Position numbers and translations under genes: made by a program. The notes beneath the pieces are model-generated. The model did not search any database. It was not told the DNA's origin and worked only from the letters and a program-made list of their open reading frames with translations. DNA of 64,000 bases, taken from assembly GCF_006345805.1 (NCBI RefSeq), contig NW_021833061.1, positions 1 to 64,000 of the forward strand, read 5' to 3'. Source of the stretch: Octopus sinensis (lineage: Eukaryota). Positions within the stretch are counted from its first letter, which is position 1. The number at the start of each line of letters is the position of its first letter. Below, in pieces: positions 26,401-39,500 of this stretch.

Positions 26401-28390
26401 GCGTAATATATTATGCAATTTTGGAAGCTCCCTAGGTGTGAGAAAATGGGGTTACTTGAGATTATAAAATGAATTGCCTAATATTTTATGTAATTTTTCG
26501 GAGTTCCCTAGATGTGAGCATATGTGGGTACTTGAGATTATGCAATAAATTACGTAATATTTTATGCAATTTTGGGAGCTCCCTAGATGTGAGCATATGC
26601 AGGTATTTGAGATTATGCAATAAATTGCGTAATATATTATCCAATTTTGGAAGCTCCCTAGGTGTGAGAAAATGGGGTTACTTGAGATTATAAAATGAAT
26701 TGCCTAATATTTTATGCAATTTTTCGGAGTTCCCTAGATGTGAGCATATGGGGGTATTTGAGATTATATAATAAATTACGTAATATATTATGCAATTTTG
26801 GGAGGTCCCTAGATGTGAGCATGTGGGGGTATTTGAGATTATATAATAAATTACGTAATATATTATGCAATTTTGGGAGGTCCCTAGATGCGTACATATG
26901 GGGGTACTTGAGATTATGCAATAAATTACGTAATATTTTATGCAATTTTGGGAGCTCCCTAGATGTGAGCATATGCAGGTATTTGAGATTATGCAATAAA
27001 TTGCGTAATATTTAATGCAATTTTGGGAGGTCCCTAGATGTGAGCATATGTGGGTACTTGAGATTATGTAATAAATTGCGTATTATATTATTCATTTTGG
27101 GAAGTCCCTAGATGTGAGCATATGGGGGTACTTGAGATTATGTAATAAATTGCGTAATATATTATTTATTTTGGGAGGTCCCTAAATTTGAGCATATGGG
27201 GGTACGTGAGATTATGCAATAAATTGTGTAATATATTCTTCATTTTGAGAAGTCCCTAAATTTGAGCATATTTGGGTACTTGAGATTATGTAATAAATTG
27301 CGCTATATATTATTCATGTTGGGAAGTCCCTAGATGTGAGCATATGGGAGTACTTGAGATTATATAATAAATTCCGTAATATATTATGCAATTTTGGGAG
27401 GTCCCTAGATGTGTACATATGCGGGTACTTGAGATTATGCAATAAATTACGTAATATATTATGCAATTTTGGGAGGTCCCTAGATGTGAGCAGATGCAGG
27501 TACTTGAGATTATGCAATAAATTACGTAATATAATATGCAATTTTGGGAGGTCCCAAGATGTGAGCATATGTAGGTACTTGAGATTATGTAATAAATTGC
27601 GTAATATATTCTTCATTTTGAGAAGTCCCTAAATTTGAGCATATGGGGGTACGTGAGATTATGCAATAAATTACGTAATATTTTATGCAATTTTGGGAGG
27701 TCGCTAAATGTGAGCATATGTGGGTACTTGAGATTATGTAATAAATTGTGTAATATATTCTTCATTTTGAGAAGTCCCTAAATTTGAGCATATGGGGGTA
27801 CGTGAGATTATGTAATAAATTGCGCTATATATTATTCATTTGGAAAGTCCCTAGATGTGAGCATATGGGGGTACTTGACATTATGCAATAAATTACGTAA
27901 TATTTTATGCAATTTTGGAAGCTCTCTAGATGTGAGCATATGCAGGTATTTGAGATTATGCAATAAATTGCGTAATATATTATGCAATTTTGGAAGCTCC
28001 CTAGGTGTGAGAAATGGGTTACTTTAGATTATATAATAAATTACGTAATATTTTATGCAATTTTGGGAGGTCCCTAGATGTGTACATATGCGGGTACTTG
28101 AGATTATGCAATAAATTACGTAATATATTATGCATTTTGGATACGTCGCTAGATGTGAGGATATTCAGATATTTGAGATTATGTTATGAATCGCGTAATA
28201 TATTATGCATTTTGGAGACGTCGCTAGATGTGAGGATATGGGGTTACTTGAGAGTATATAATGAATTGCTAATATATTATGCAATTTTTGGAAGCTGCCT
28301 AGTTGTGAGGATATGGTGGTACTTGAGATAATGTAATAAATTGCGTAATATATTATGCATTTTTGAGATGTCGCTAGATGTGAGGATTTG
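23413..28390. repeat. Satellite: ~75-bp unit, ~5 kb, with higher-order variant structure
   Basis: Unit GAGATTATGCAATAAATTACGTAATATTTTATGCAATTTTGGGAGCTCCCTAGATGTGAGCATATG..GTA.TT, roughly 65 copies. Confidence 0.97.
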
Positions 28391-28851
28391 AGGGACATCG
28401 TACTTGTTCATTTTAACCAAAATGCAGAAAATTTTTTTTTAATTTTTTTTGGGGGGAAGGTTTTAAGGACCTCATCATGTAAGTCGAGGACGTCGTAGTT
28501 GTTCATTTTAACCAAAATGCAGAAAATTTTTTTAATTTTTTTTGGGGGGAAGGTTTTAAGGACCTCATCATGTAAGTCGAGGACATCGTGGTTGTTCATT
28601 TTAACCAAAATGCAGAAATTTTTTTTAAATTTTTTTGGGGGGAAGGTTTTAATTAAGGACCTCATCATGTAGTCGAGGACATCGTAGGGTGGAAGATTCT
28701 TGAGGAGTTCATGATTTTAACTTGTTCCCCATTATTGGCTAATTATAAGGGGGAAAGATTTTGACAATTTATCTGTACTTTGCAATTTGAAGTTGGTGTG
28801 CACACACAGACAGACAGACAGACACACAACCACATACATTTTATTATTAAG
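28390..28851 (-). mobile_element. Non-autonomous Helitron-like 5' end with ~93-bp tandem repeats and (CAGA)n
   Basis: Minus strand starts A|TCTTAATAATAAAATG then (TCTG)n, as in Lep1-type Helitrons; ~3 repeat units. Abuts an A|T site in the Tc1-A TIR; same structure at 51340-52128. Confidence 0.7.
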
Positions 28852-31800
28852 ATAACTAATATTTTTATTTTTGCAAAAAAATATATTTATCGCATTTTTA
28901 CGGCAAAAAAGTATAATCTGAACAAAAAAAAAAACGAACAAAATTTTATTTACAAATTAAATTTAGTATGCCCACCACGTGTCGCAATTACAGACAATAT
29001 TCGTTCACTCATAGTTCCTACTAATGCACTCCTATCCATTTTGCATAATCCACTCCTATCTCATTCCAAATTTTTTGTAATTCTTCAAAAAGTTCCTCTT
29101 TTTTGGAATACGGTTTCCCCCTTATTTTTGCCTTCATATAGCTCCATACGTGTTCAATGGGGTTAAGATCCGGGCTTTGCGCTGGCCAAGGTAGCAATTC
29201 GATATTATTAGTCTCAAAGATTTTTTTGCAAGCACACATTTTGTTTTTGGTCGTGTCCTGTGAAAAATTGATCAATATCCTAATTTTTTGTTCCAGAAAT
29301 GGCAACAAATTTTTTTTTTTTTTTTATTTTATTTCACAATTTTTAACGAAGCTAGGTTAGTTTAATTATATTATAAATCGTCACGCTCCGGCAGCCAGTA
29401 TCGCGTGCGTGTTGCCACGAAGAACTGCAATTCCGATACGTTGGCGAAGCCAATACCCCTCGCGACTGTCCCTCCTTCTTCGTTTAGCCAGCATCGCCCC
29501 AATTTCCTTGAGAAATTCCGCGGTTTTGGATCCCACTACACCAGACGTCTCTATCGAGATTGGGACAAAACGGAAAAGTTTTCCGATCTCCAAATACTTA
29601 GATATCTTCGCCTTTTCTGCTGCATTAGCAGCCCAACCGGGCGAATGAATATTCCGAAGAATCATGGACTGGGAGAACGTGTCTACGCACGTCGCATCCC
29701 ATGCGAGTGATTTTCCCTGGGAGTACGGGAAAAAGAGTTATCCCATCGGGCCTTCTGCCATCTCCCCGGTCAAGCCCGATGGGTTCCAGGTGTGCTGGAA
29801 ATCCTGCGCTCTCGAGGGCCCGTCGTATTATGTCGTTGAGTGCGGCATGGCGGGGAGCGCGACCTGCACTCCTCTTGCAAGACAAAGGGTGTAGTCCTTT
29901 GGAATCGACTATTCCTCCACACCGGCATCTGTGTTCCTGACAGACGTCAAGACCCAAGCGTTGTGCAACACCGATTCTCACACAATCGTCGTCCATAAGC
30001 GTACCGAATGAACTGCATGGAAATGCGTGGAGCCATGCACCACTCCCGTGCTGTGCCCCGGATAGCAAACAGACGAGCCGGTGTTGGTTCAACTCCCGCT
30101 TCAGGTCATCAACGACAGCCTTGCATGATATTGCGTCCCAACAATTCTGTCTCGAGACATCATCTGGGATTGAAAGTCCGGCTTCCTTCCATTGCAAGCA
30201 AGCCTTGTCAAACTGTGTCCAAGGAGAGTCCAGTAGTGTTACGTAGGATTTCCTGGACGAGATGACTGCAGCTTGAAAGCGATGACAGATATGCCGGGAA
30301 TGCGAAATCCAGCGCCGACCTGAGACCCGTTCCTCCGATGCGTGTAGGAAGCTTGCATTGATTCCAACCAGGTTCGTCAAAGTGGATGTTCAAGAGCGAT
30401 TCAGCTGAACTTCTCAAAGTCCTATCCAGTGTCTGTAGAATGTCTCGATGTTCCAAGCAGGGAGAACAACGGAGAGCGTATTGGAGTTTAGGCAAGCCAA
30501 TGCTATTTTTCAAAAGGAAGAATGCAGTATGAGCATTGAGTAAGGAGAGTTTCTCCGTAACTCTAGAAAGGCCCTTGTTTTTTTTCCAGCAGATGGCACC
30601 GCAGTTCCTTTTCGCCAAGTGGGCACCCAAGAAAGTATGCCCTCTCCCGAGGTAAGACAGTAATCCCAGGTAATATCGATTGATTGGAAAGACTTGACCA
30701 CGTTGATAAAATCACTTTCCGAGTATGTGATATTTATCAGCTCCGATTTCTTTATATTTATATCCAGTCCGAGTTTTCGTAGTACAGGCACGGCTTGTGA
30801 CAGAACGTCAAAAACTTTTCCCCACGGCCCTCCAATCGTGGCATCATCAAGATACCAGAGGTTCAGTTCCGCGCTGATAGAACGTACAGTTTCGTCGATT
30901 GCCAACGCAAAGAGAAGTGGACCAAGCGGGTCCCCTTGCTGGACTCCAGTCTCCGAATAGATAATCTTGTCCGCAAAGACGAGTGAAGACTTGGTTCCGT
31001 AGGCCAGGTAGACGAGTGGAATGAGTTCCGGGGCTCGTTTGCTTACAGTCTCGAAAAATTTGATCCCTCCGCAGTGAATTAAAGGCATTGCAGATGTCAA
31101 GCTTGACTCCCATTTTTGGATTTTGTTCGTTTTTCTGTGTGAAAAAGCACCTTGCGGCATGCACCGCCGCCTCACATCCGTTCTTTACCCCAACTCCGAG
31201 TTGGAAGGGGAGAATTCTTCAGATATTCTCGGACAGACAAGACTGCATGCAATTTTAGCTGTTAGCCTTCTGAAGTAGTTCCCGACCGCGATAGGGCGGG
31301 CCCCACCTTCGGTTTTTTGAAGCCAAGTAGATGTGCGCTGAAAAGAAGCTCCCTTGCGAGAGGAGGGATATCCCCGTTCAAAATGCGCATAACCAGTCTT
31401 GTGATTGATTTGACAAGGTTGCGGCCCGCCTCCGCAGTAGCCCCAGCCGTGAGATCCTTGATGTGACCTGGTCGCAAGCCATCGAGACCTCCACTGCTGC
31501 TCGCCGCGAACGACGAAATGCTGCGCCGCACATCGCCTTCAGTAACAGTTGTCCTTGACATATCTCCCGGGAGCACGAATGGGCGGTAATCTTCCGGCGG
31601 ACATGGATGTTTTTTCGTCTGATCTGCTCGAGGACTTCAGGTGTGGAGCCAGGACGGTATCGTCGCTGGAAACGACCCGCAACGCCGCCCGGACGTCGCC
31701 TTCAAGAAGTTTACGATTTACTCTCTCTCCGAGTGTATCTGGGCAATTCCGAAAGAGCGTATGATCGGCGTCCGGATGTTTTGCTTTGGAAAATTCCGTT

Positions 31801-32475
31801 TTGTTAATAGATCGTGATTGGAAATCGTGGATATTTTTCTTCATTTTTGAGGAGAGTGAGTTTCCATGCATGGAACTTTCTCTAGTGTTCCGATGTGGCT
31901 CCTTTGACTCAGTGTAAGGTATGCCAAGTGCAAGCGGGGCGAAACCGAAGAGTTTGAGCCAGGCCTCTTGGTCGTTTGCTGTTTGCCAAAATGTTAATGA
32001 TCCATTCATTATTTTTTTATCCAAACCAGATTACTAAAATATTCAGACGTAAATGCACCCCATATCATCACACTTCCTTTTCCAAATTTTACGGTTTCAG
32101 TAATATTACGTGAAACAAACTTTTCGGATTGTTGTCCATACAAATCTTCGTCCGTCGTTGTTTACTAAGTTGAATTTGCATTCGTCGCTGAATATAACGT
32201 GATTCCAATAAGTAGATGGTAGCATATTCCATCTTTGACAGATTTCCATTCTTTGTTCTTTGTGTTTTTTAGTAAGATGTGGTCTTTTAGTAGGCGGAAA
32301 TGCTTTGAAACCTCTTTGTTTTAGTGTATTTCTGATTGTTTCAGGTGTTACATTTTTCCCAGTTTCTTCTTTCAGTGCCTTCGCATATTGTTAAAATTCT
32401 ATTTAGATATTGTTTTTGATTCGTTTTTTGGAATTTTAGAAAAAATGTAGTGTTCGTTTTTTTTTTTGGTTACTG
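28852..32475 (-). mobile_element. Second Tc1 family A copy, split by a CRE insertion and internally deleted
   Basis: 28852-29310 and 31980-32475 match the 7356-9513 copy; junction AACAAAT|TGTTTGCC is interrupted. Confidence 0.9.
29311..31980 (-). mobile_element. CRE-clade non-LTR retrotransposon (RT + zinc finger/RLE), 5' truncated, frameshifted
   Basis: GVQQGDPLGPLLF, WYLDD, CRCG..H.LSC, RHAALN, RPDG, KISKY; poly(A) at ~29311. Confidence 0.92.
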
Positions 32476-32699
32476 TATGTAAGGGTCTTAGAGTATTTTA
32501 GATTATGTATTGAATTTCGTAATATATTATCCAATTTGGAAGGTCCCTAGATGTGAGGATATGGAGGTACTTGAGATTATGAAATAAATTGAGTAATATA
32601 TTAAGCAATTTAGAGAGGTTCGTAAATGTGAGGATTTGGGGGTACTTGAGATTATGTAATAATCTGGATAACATGTTATTTAATTTGGGGACGCTTATA

Positions 32700-34182
32700 C
32701 AGTGCCTGACAAAAAAAATTGGATTTGTAATAAATCGACTTTTTTTAAATAAATTATAATTTAATTTTCTTACATTATTCTTGGTAAAATTTTTTCAAGA
32801 GTTCAACCAATTTACTTAAACAACGAAAATCGTTAGGTCCCAGCGGCAAGGACGCAGTGTGCATTGCCCCGAACAATGGCCAGACCGATGCGCTGGCGGA
32901 ACCAGAGGCCCTCTCTCGTGTCCTTGAGCCTCCTCCCAATGGACTGCCCGACCTCGTTGAGGAACGAGTCAGTCTCCTTTCCCGCAGCTCCAGCGGTCTC
33001 TTGGTAAAATTAGAATTATTTTGTAAATTTTTAAAATTATTTTTGGGTTTTAGAATTTAATTTTAAAGCAGAATTTAAAATTTGCCGGACAAAAAAAATG
33101 GATTTTTTTATTTTAATGAAACAAATTAAAATTTAATAAGTTGATATCCCTTCACGTGCTTCATAAACTTCCAAACCTCTTTTTTTCATTGAAATAACTA
33201 AATTTTCTAGGTATTTTTTCGGTGACTCCCATATCACAACTAATTTTGTCTCCAAATCTTTCACGTTTTTCGGCGGTTTTTGCAATAATTTTCTCTTCAT
33301 AATTGCCCAAACATGCTAAATTGGATTAAGGTCAGGTGATTGAGACTGCCAATCAATAATTTTATATTTTCTATCGTATATAAATTCTTTAACTACTCGA
33401 GAACTGTGGCATGGAGCATTATCTTGTTGAAAAATAAATGAGTTTAACCCCATTTTTAGAGCTGATTGTTTCAGATTATTCGACAAAATGTTTAAATAAT
33501 AAGCACTGTTCATTTTTCCATTTATAATAACAAGATTTCTGACGTCTTCATATGAGAAACATCCCCAAACCATTAACTTTCCTCCACCATACTTAACAGT
33601 AGGTACGATATTGGATTTTAATAGGCAGTACCGTTTTTTTTGATGTTATAGATCCTTATTTTGCTGTTATAAACCTCAAAACATGACTCATCGGAGAAGA
33701 TGACTTTCTTCCATTCTTCGTCAGATATGGCTAAAAACTTTTTCGCAATTAACCATCTGGATTCGATGTTTTTTAAGTTAAAAGAGGTTTGTGTTTTGCA
33801 ACTCGGGCATGTAATCCAAATGAATTTAGTATTCGACCAATTGTTCTGGGAGATACGTCCACATTCAATTGAGTTTTTGTTATTTCAGAAAAAGACACAG
33901 CAGAAATTGAGGGTTCATCTCTCAAGATTAATTGTATTGTATTGTTTCATCAAAAATCAGATAAATGGAATTTTGAATTACGCTTTATTTATACGAAAAT
34001 CCAATTTTTTTTGTCCGGCAAATTTTAAATTCTGCTTTAAAATTAAATTCTAAAAGCCAAAAATAATTTTAAAAATTAAAAAAATAATTCTAATTTTACC
34101 AAGAATGATGTAAGAAAATTAATATAATTTATTTTTAAAAAAGTCGATTTATTACAAATCCAATTTTTTTTGTCAGGCACTG
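32700..34182 (-). mobile_element. Tc1/mariner transposon, family B, internally deleted
   Basis: TA|CAGTGCCTGACAAAA...TTTTGTCAGGCACTG|TA; long TIRs; VWGCFS, FQQDNAPCH, QSPDLNPI. Confidence 0.92.
32792..32998 (-). mobile_element. Short CRE 3' fragment inside the Tc1-B TIR
   Basis: WFRQRIGLAIVRGNAHCVLAAG on -; flanked by direct repeat TCTTGGTAAAATT. Confidence 0.8.
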
Positions 34183-35044
34183 TATATGTGAGGATATGGA
34201 GGTATTTGAGATTATATATTGAATTGAGTAATATATTCTGCAATTTCGGAAGCTCAAGAGGTGTGAGGATATGGAGGTACTTTAGATTAATTAATAAATT
34301 GCGTAAGATATTATTCAATTTTGGGTGGTCCCTAAATGTTACGATATGTTGTTGAGATTATGTAATGAATAGCCTCATATATTATTCAATATTGGAGGTC
34401 CCAAGATGTGAGGATATGGAAATACTTGAGATTATGTAATGAATTGAGTAATATATTCTGCAATTTAGGAGGTCCCTAGATGTGAGGATTGGGGTACTTG
34501 AGATTATGTAATGAATTGTGTATATATTATGAATTTTGGAGACGTCGCTAGAGTTGAGGATATGGTCGTACTTTAGATTATGTAATAAATTGCGTAATAT
34601 ATTAAGCAATTTGGATAGGTCCCTAGGTGTGAGGATATGGAGGTACTTAGATTATGTATGAATTTGCGTAATATATAATGCAATTTGGGAGGTCCTTAGA
34701 TGTGAGGATGTTGGTGTATTTGAGATTATGTAATGAATTGAGTAATTCCACGCATGTGAAGATCTATAATATTTATTTTTTATTTCTTTAGTAGGCCTAT
34801 CTTTTACTATCACGTTACATGATTCCATAGTTTTAGATGTAGGAAGGGTGTACAAGTGTTCGAAAAGGTTAATATATTCGACATTCAGGTGATTGTTTTC
34901 TTTAAAAAATAATGTTGATTGATATTACACACGTGGAGGCTAAGTAATTTATTTGCTTACTTTTATAATGGGCCTCACATCTTAAAACTTAGTAACTTAA
35001 TTGCTTGTTTAAGAGGTAGGAAAGGTTTAGTAGAGTTCAAACAA

Positions 35045-35235
35045 GTTAAGACATCAGGAGTAATCGGTCCGGAAACACTTTCTTTCCTTCGTCGGCTTGA
35101 GACAAAGGTCGCCAAGAAAAGTGAAAACCCAAACGAGACTCGTCATCTTTTGGAAAGAGTCTTGTTGACGATCGCCAGGGGGAACAGCCAGGCCATCTTA
35201 TGTGCCGGAAATTCGAAATCGTTAATTATTTAGTA
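35045..35235 (+). mobile_element. CRE 3' fragment
   Basis: TSGVIGPETLSFL...ERVLLTIARGNSQAILCAG; a similar remnant lies at ~13880-13935 (-). Confidence 0.7.
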
Positions 35236-35700
35236 TTATTCAAGGAAATGCCATTGTTAAAAACATTTTTATTCTTGAAATGGTTTTATCTGTAAATTCC
35301 GATAAATTCCGATTTTATATGTAAATTCCAATAATTCTACTAACTTCCATTTGAATTACTTAAATATTAGCAATTAGCTTATAAATTATAATTAAAAGGT
35401 GTTTACTTAGCAGTTTATGGATTTATATTTAAGTTAAGTAGTCACTTACGCGGTATCCTTTGATTAAGAAAATTAAATAACTTGCCAAAACATTTTGATC
35501 GTCTAGAAAAACATGTTCGATTTTAAGCACTAGTAACTGAATTATTTAAGTGGAGGATATTCAAAGAATAGACGCAATATTATTTATATATAAATTTTAT
35601 AACGAATGAAATTAATATGTACAAGAAACAACTTAAAGAAAAAATATATACTAAAAACAAAAACATTCGAAATGATTTTCATACAAACTTTTATACTGGA

Positions 35701-36095
35701 ATGGAAGAAAGAACACAGATTTCAGTCCGTGGGAGTGCATCTCTGGCTTTGGCTAGAGAAAATAGGTTTTTTGTAAATGTAAGACCACCTTATTCGTACA
35801 TCGCATTAATAACAATGGTAATTGAAGCATCCCCGCTTGGATGCTTACGTTGGATGAAATTTATCAATCTATATGTTATCATTTCCCATACTATAAAACT
35901 CAAGGAAATAAATGGAAAAACTCGATTAGGCACAATCTGTCATTGAATGATTGCTTCATAAAAATATCAAAAGCAAAAAATCATTTTTCGAAAAACAGTT
36001 ATTGGACAATTCACCCACAATGCAAAGACATGTTTTCTGATGGTTCATTTCTGAGAAGACAGAATCGCTTCAAGCAAAAAGACATTGGTGATTGA
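35701..36095 (+). CDS. Forkhead-box transcription factor (class uncertain; A/B/D-like features)
   Basis: RPPYSYIALITM + MLTLDEIYQ..FPYY..WKNSIRHNLSLNDCFIK..YWTIHP..MFSDGSFLRRQNRFK. One 1-nt frameshift at ~35840; start uncertain (35617 or 35701). Confidence 0.9.
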
Positions 36096-36230
36096 AACAA
36101 CTTTTCAATCAAAATTAATCATTTAATCTATTTTTGATAATAATGTTTGGATAAATTAAATTTTAATTTTGTGGAGAGAGTGAGTAATACTATCCCAAAA
36201 ATTGTTTTCCAAGTGTTTAAAATACTAGAT

Positions 36231-37177
36231 CAGCGGTTCTCAACCGTGGTCCCCAGAAAATTTTTAGTGGTCCCCAGGAATTTTCGAAAAATAAAAATAT
36301 ATTAAAGTTAAAACTAATTGTACAATTAAGTATAAATCAAAAACATTGAAATTAATCAAGCGGTTCTCAATCGTGGTCCCCAGAAAATTTTTAGTGGTCC
36401 CCAGGAATTTTCGAAAAATAAAAATATATTAAATTTAAAACTAATTGTACAATTAAGTATAAATCAAAAACATTGAAATTAATCTGATTTGATTAGCGTG
36501 GTTTATCATTCTAGTTATGGTTAACAAGAATCGTCGTCTTTGGTCGGATTCTTACGTACAATTTGGATTCACTAAATTCATTGCCCCAAATAATGAAATA
36601 AAGGCAAAATGCATGATTTGCCATAAAATTTTGGGAAACAATTCACCGAAACCTTCTCAACTTAGGCGCCACAAAGAGTCTGTACACCCAGAAAATTCTT
36701 CCTCACATGAATATTTTAAAGTCAAAAGAACGAAGTTTGATTCACAGCCAAAGCTTGAGTGGTTTAATAAATCTCAAGATAAACCGAGATTAGAAGCATC
36801 ATATGCTGTAATTTTAATTTTCTAAAAACAAAATAGAGAAATGTCGTGTCTGACTTTTCGAAAAACAAAATATAGAAATAGACTACGGGTACAAGATGAT
36901 ATGCGAGTAGCTTTGTCGAACATAGAGCCTGATATAAGTAAAATTATTCTGAGCAAACAAGATCAGAAATCTCACTAAATTACTATTAAATTTTCTGTTA
37001 TTTTCATAATGTTCATGTTATTTTTATAATAAATATTCGAACATGTCTAAACCTGGCCCTGACGAGGCCAAAAATTGTGCGCTAATACCAAGAAATGTTT
37101 ATTTTATTTAAGGTGGTCCCCACAAAATTTTATAGTGCAAAAGTGGTCCCCAGTCTAAAAAAGGTTGAGAACCGCTG
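36231..37177 (+). mobile_element. Internally deleted hAT (Buster/Charlie-like, zf-BED)
   Basis: TIR CAGCGGTTCTCAACC / GGTTGAGAACCGCTG; TSD tactagat/tactagag; BED-like CMIC..KPSQLRRH...H; 5' ~128 bp tandemly duplicated. Confidence 0.9.
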
Positions 37178-37282
37178 TACTAGAGAGTAGTCTACCTGGC
37201 TATACCTGTTAGTGGCTTTTTAGCAAAAATTTTAACTATTTTAGGAGTAAAATTTTCACTCTAGTGTTTGGAATAAAGTTTT

Positions 37283-38195
37283 TTTACCTGTCCTCTTATT
37301 CTCCCTCCCGCACTCTCTCAGACATCATTCTTCGAAACCTTCCCGAACGGAAAGTGTCTGCAGATTTCGTCGCGGCAGGTCTCTTATGGAAGGCCCGGTT
37401 TGACTCGAGGCGGCCTGAGTCCGAGGACAACTAGCGCCAGTGGGACGAGATTGTATGTCGGTCTTTGTACGAAAAACTCACTCCAAAACTTAACCAACAC
37501 AGGCTCGCCTGCCTTCGTGCTGGCTGTCACTCAGGCAGCGGTACTTGGATTGATGCCTTCCCCCCTTCAATTGGGAACTTCCTGGACTCCGAGTGCCTAA
37601 GAATCGGCATCTCCTCACGTGTCGGGCTCGAAATCTGTCAGGCCCACAAATGTTGCGGAACTGTGGACAAGTTCTGGTTACATCCCCCTCCTGCGCCCGC
37701 AGTGCAGGCCGCGCTCCTCGCTACGGTGAACTGAACAACATCGTGAAGAGTTCCCTCGAAGCCGCCGGGGTTCCGTTCGTCCACGAACCTGTTGGTTTGG
37801 ACAGGGGTGACGGCAAACGCCCTGACGGCTTAACTACATTCCCCTTTGAGCAGGGAAAATTCCTTATATGGGATTCCACTTGCTGTGACACATTCTCCAA
37901 CGGGAACCTAGCCAGGTCTGCCGTCGACCCAGGCTTTGGGTCCAATCGCGCTGAAAATCTCAAAATCCTGAAATACGGTCATCTCTCCAGCTTCGTTTTC
38001 ACACCCATCGCCGTTGAGACCTCTGGGGATTTCGGCCGCAAGTCGCTTTGTTTCCTACGCCGAGAGAGTCCTTTTGGCTTCTTCAACGCCTCTCCATTGC
38101 CGTAATCCGCGGCAACTGCTTCGCAATCCGTAAGGCTGGGAGAGCGCCCTAACCTGCGTAGTCTTAAAGTTTAAGACTTTTATTATTATTATTAT
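37283..38195 (+). mobile_element. CRE retrotransposon 3' portion
   Basis: SGTWIDAFP, EPVGLDRGDGKRPDG, WDSTC, PIAVETSG; (TTA)n-like tail. Confidence 0.85.
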
Positions 38196-39500
38196 TTAAG
38201 CCAAAAACAGAATCACCGTCTTAACCATTAACTAACGTGTTCAGGTGATTCCGACACTTCTCAACAGTCGAGCCATCTTTTCACGATGTTCAGACCGTGA
38301 CCCCACACACTTTCTGTATGTACGGTGAAATGCTTGTGGTCCATCTCCACGATCCCTCCCACTTGCCTCTACAAGAGACTCCAGTGTTCGATGGACAATT
38401 TTCCTGTCGGTATGGTCCTTCAGTAGGTTTATGGATTTTTCTTGGATTTTCTCGATTTTTAGTTGGTTCGTTGCCGCCAGGTTACAGCCCCAAGCAGCAC
38501 ATGCATAGCCTATTGTTGGCTCGATATACTGCTTGTAAAGGGTCTCTACCCCTGGCGGACAAGTTCTCCCACAGTTCCAAAGAAAGGCTTTCACAAAATG
38601 ATTTTCTTTATACAAGTTGACACGATCGATTCAACATGAGGTGAAAAACAGAGGAAAGTATCAAACGTTACACCCAATATCTTCTGTGTTTTCTTTGTGG
38701 TATTGGGACTCCATTCAGCGTGACTTCAATAGTTTTCGTCCCCATCTTCCTGTTTTTCGTGAATAGGGTGACTGCTGACTTTTCGGAACATGCATGTAGT
38801 CTGTTTTCATATAGCCATCCATATAAGTCGTCCAGTATTCTTTGTAGTCTTTCCTTCGCGTATTCGACATTTACATCCCTTGATGCGACAACTATGTCAT
38901 CGGCATAGGAGAGTAGTATGTCATTATTATCCATAGGAACGGGAGATCATTCAGAAACAAGTTGAAGAGGGTCGGGGATAAAGGAGAACCCTGGGGTACA
39001 CCATTGGGCAATAAGCGTGATCTTGAACTCTCGTTCCCGACGCACACTTTCCCACGACGTCCGCTCAAAAAATTCGCTATCCATAGCTTCATAGGTGTAG
39101 AAATATTTGTACCAAATATCTTTTGAATTAGGATCTTCCTTGGGACGGAGTCAAACGCTTTTTGAATGTCGATAGTGCATACAATGATTTCTCCTGCAAT
39201 TTCTTCTTTTTGTGTCCTTCATTTATGAAATCTGTTAGGTGGTGAGGAAGGAGGTCGTTGACAATCCTTCCTTGAATCCATGTTGAAATGTGGATTGTGG
39301 GAGGAAAGGGCGAATATGTTTTAGGACCAGTTTTTCCAAGATTCTTGACAGCACACATATAAGGGATATTGGTCTATAGGAGCCGGGGTCGTTTTTCGGT
39401 CTTCCAGGTTTTAATATTGGCCGGATTTTTGATAGTTTCCATAAGTTCGGTACTTGAGACTGGGGGCCGTACTTGAGAATCACTGTCTTAAACAATCCTT
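38196..39500 (-). mobile_element. Jockey/I-like LINE RT, frameshifted
   Basis: YRPISL, QHGF, GVPQGSPLSPTLFN, YADD, LYKQYIEP...YAC.AW. Confidence 0.85.

Larger units (their letters stand above)
32480..34746. repeat. Diverged 75-bp satellite units split by Tc1 family B
   Basis: Units at 32480-32697 and 34185-34746 resemble the 23413-28390 array (GAGGATATGG variant). Confidence 0.85.

Noticed and set aside
23413-28390. CRISPR-like array or repetitive protein ORFs (LRLCNKLRNILCNFG)
   Set aside because: Head-to-tail units with no unique spacers, no cas genes and a eukaryotic context. The ORFs arise because 75 is divisible by 3.
37050-37100. Hammerhead ribozyme (CTGACGAG), also CCGATGAAG near 22260
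   Set aside because: No properly paired stem II followed by GAAA could be built.
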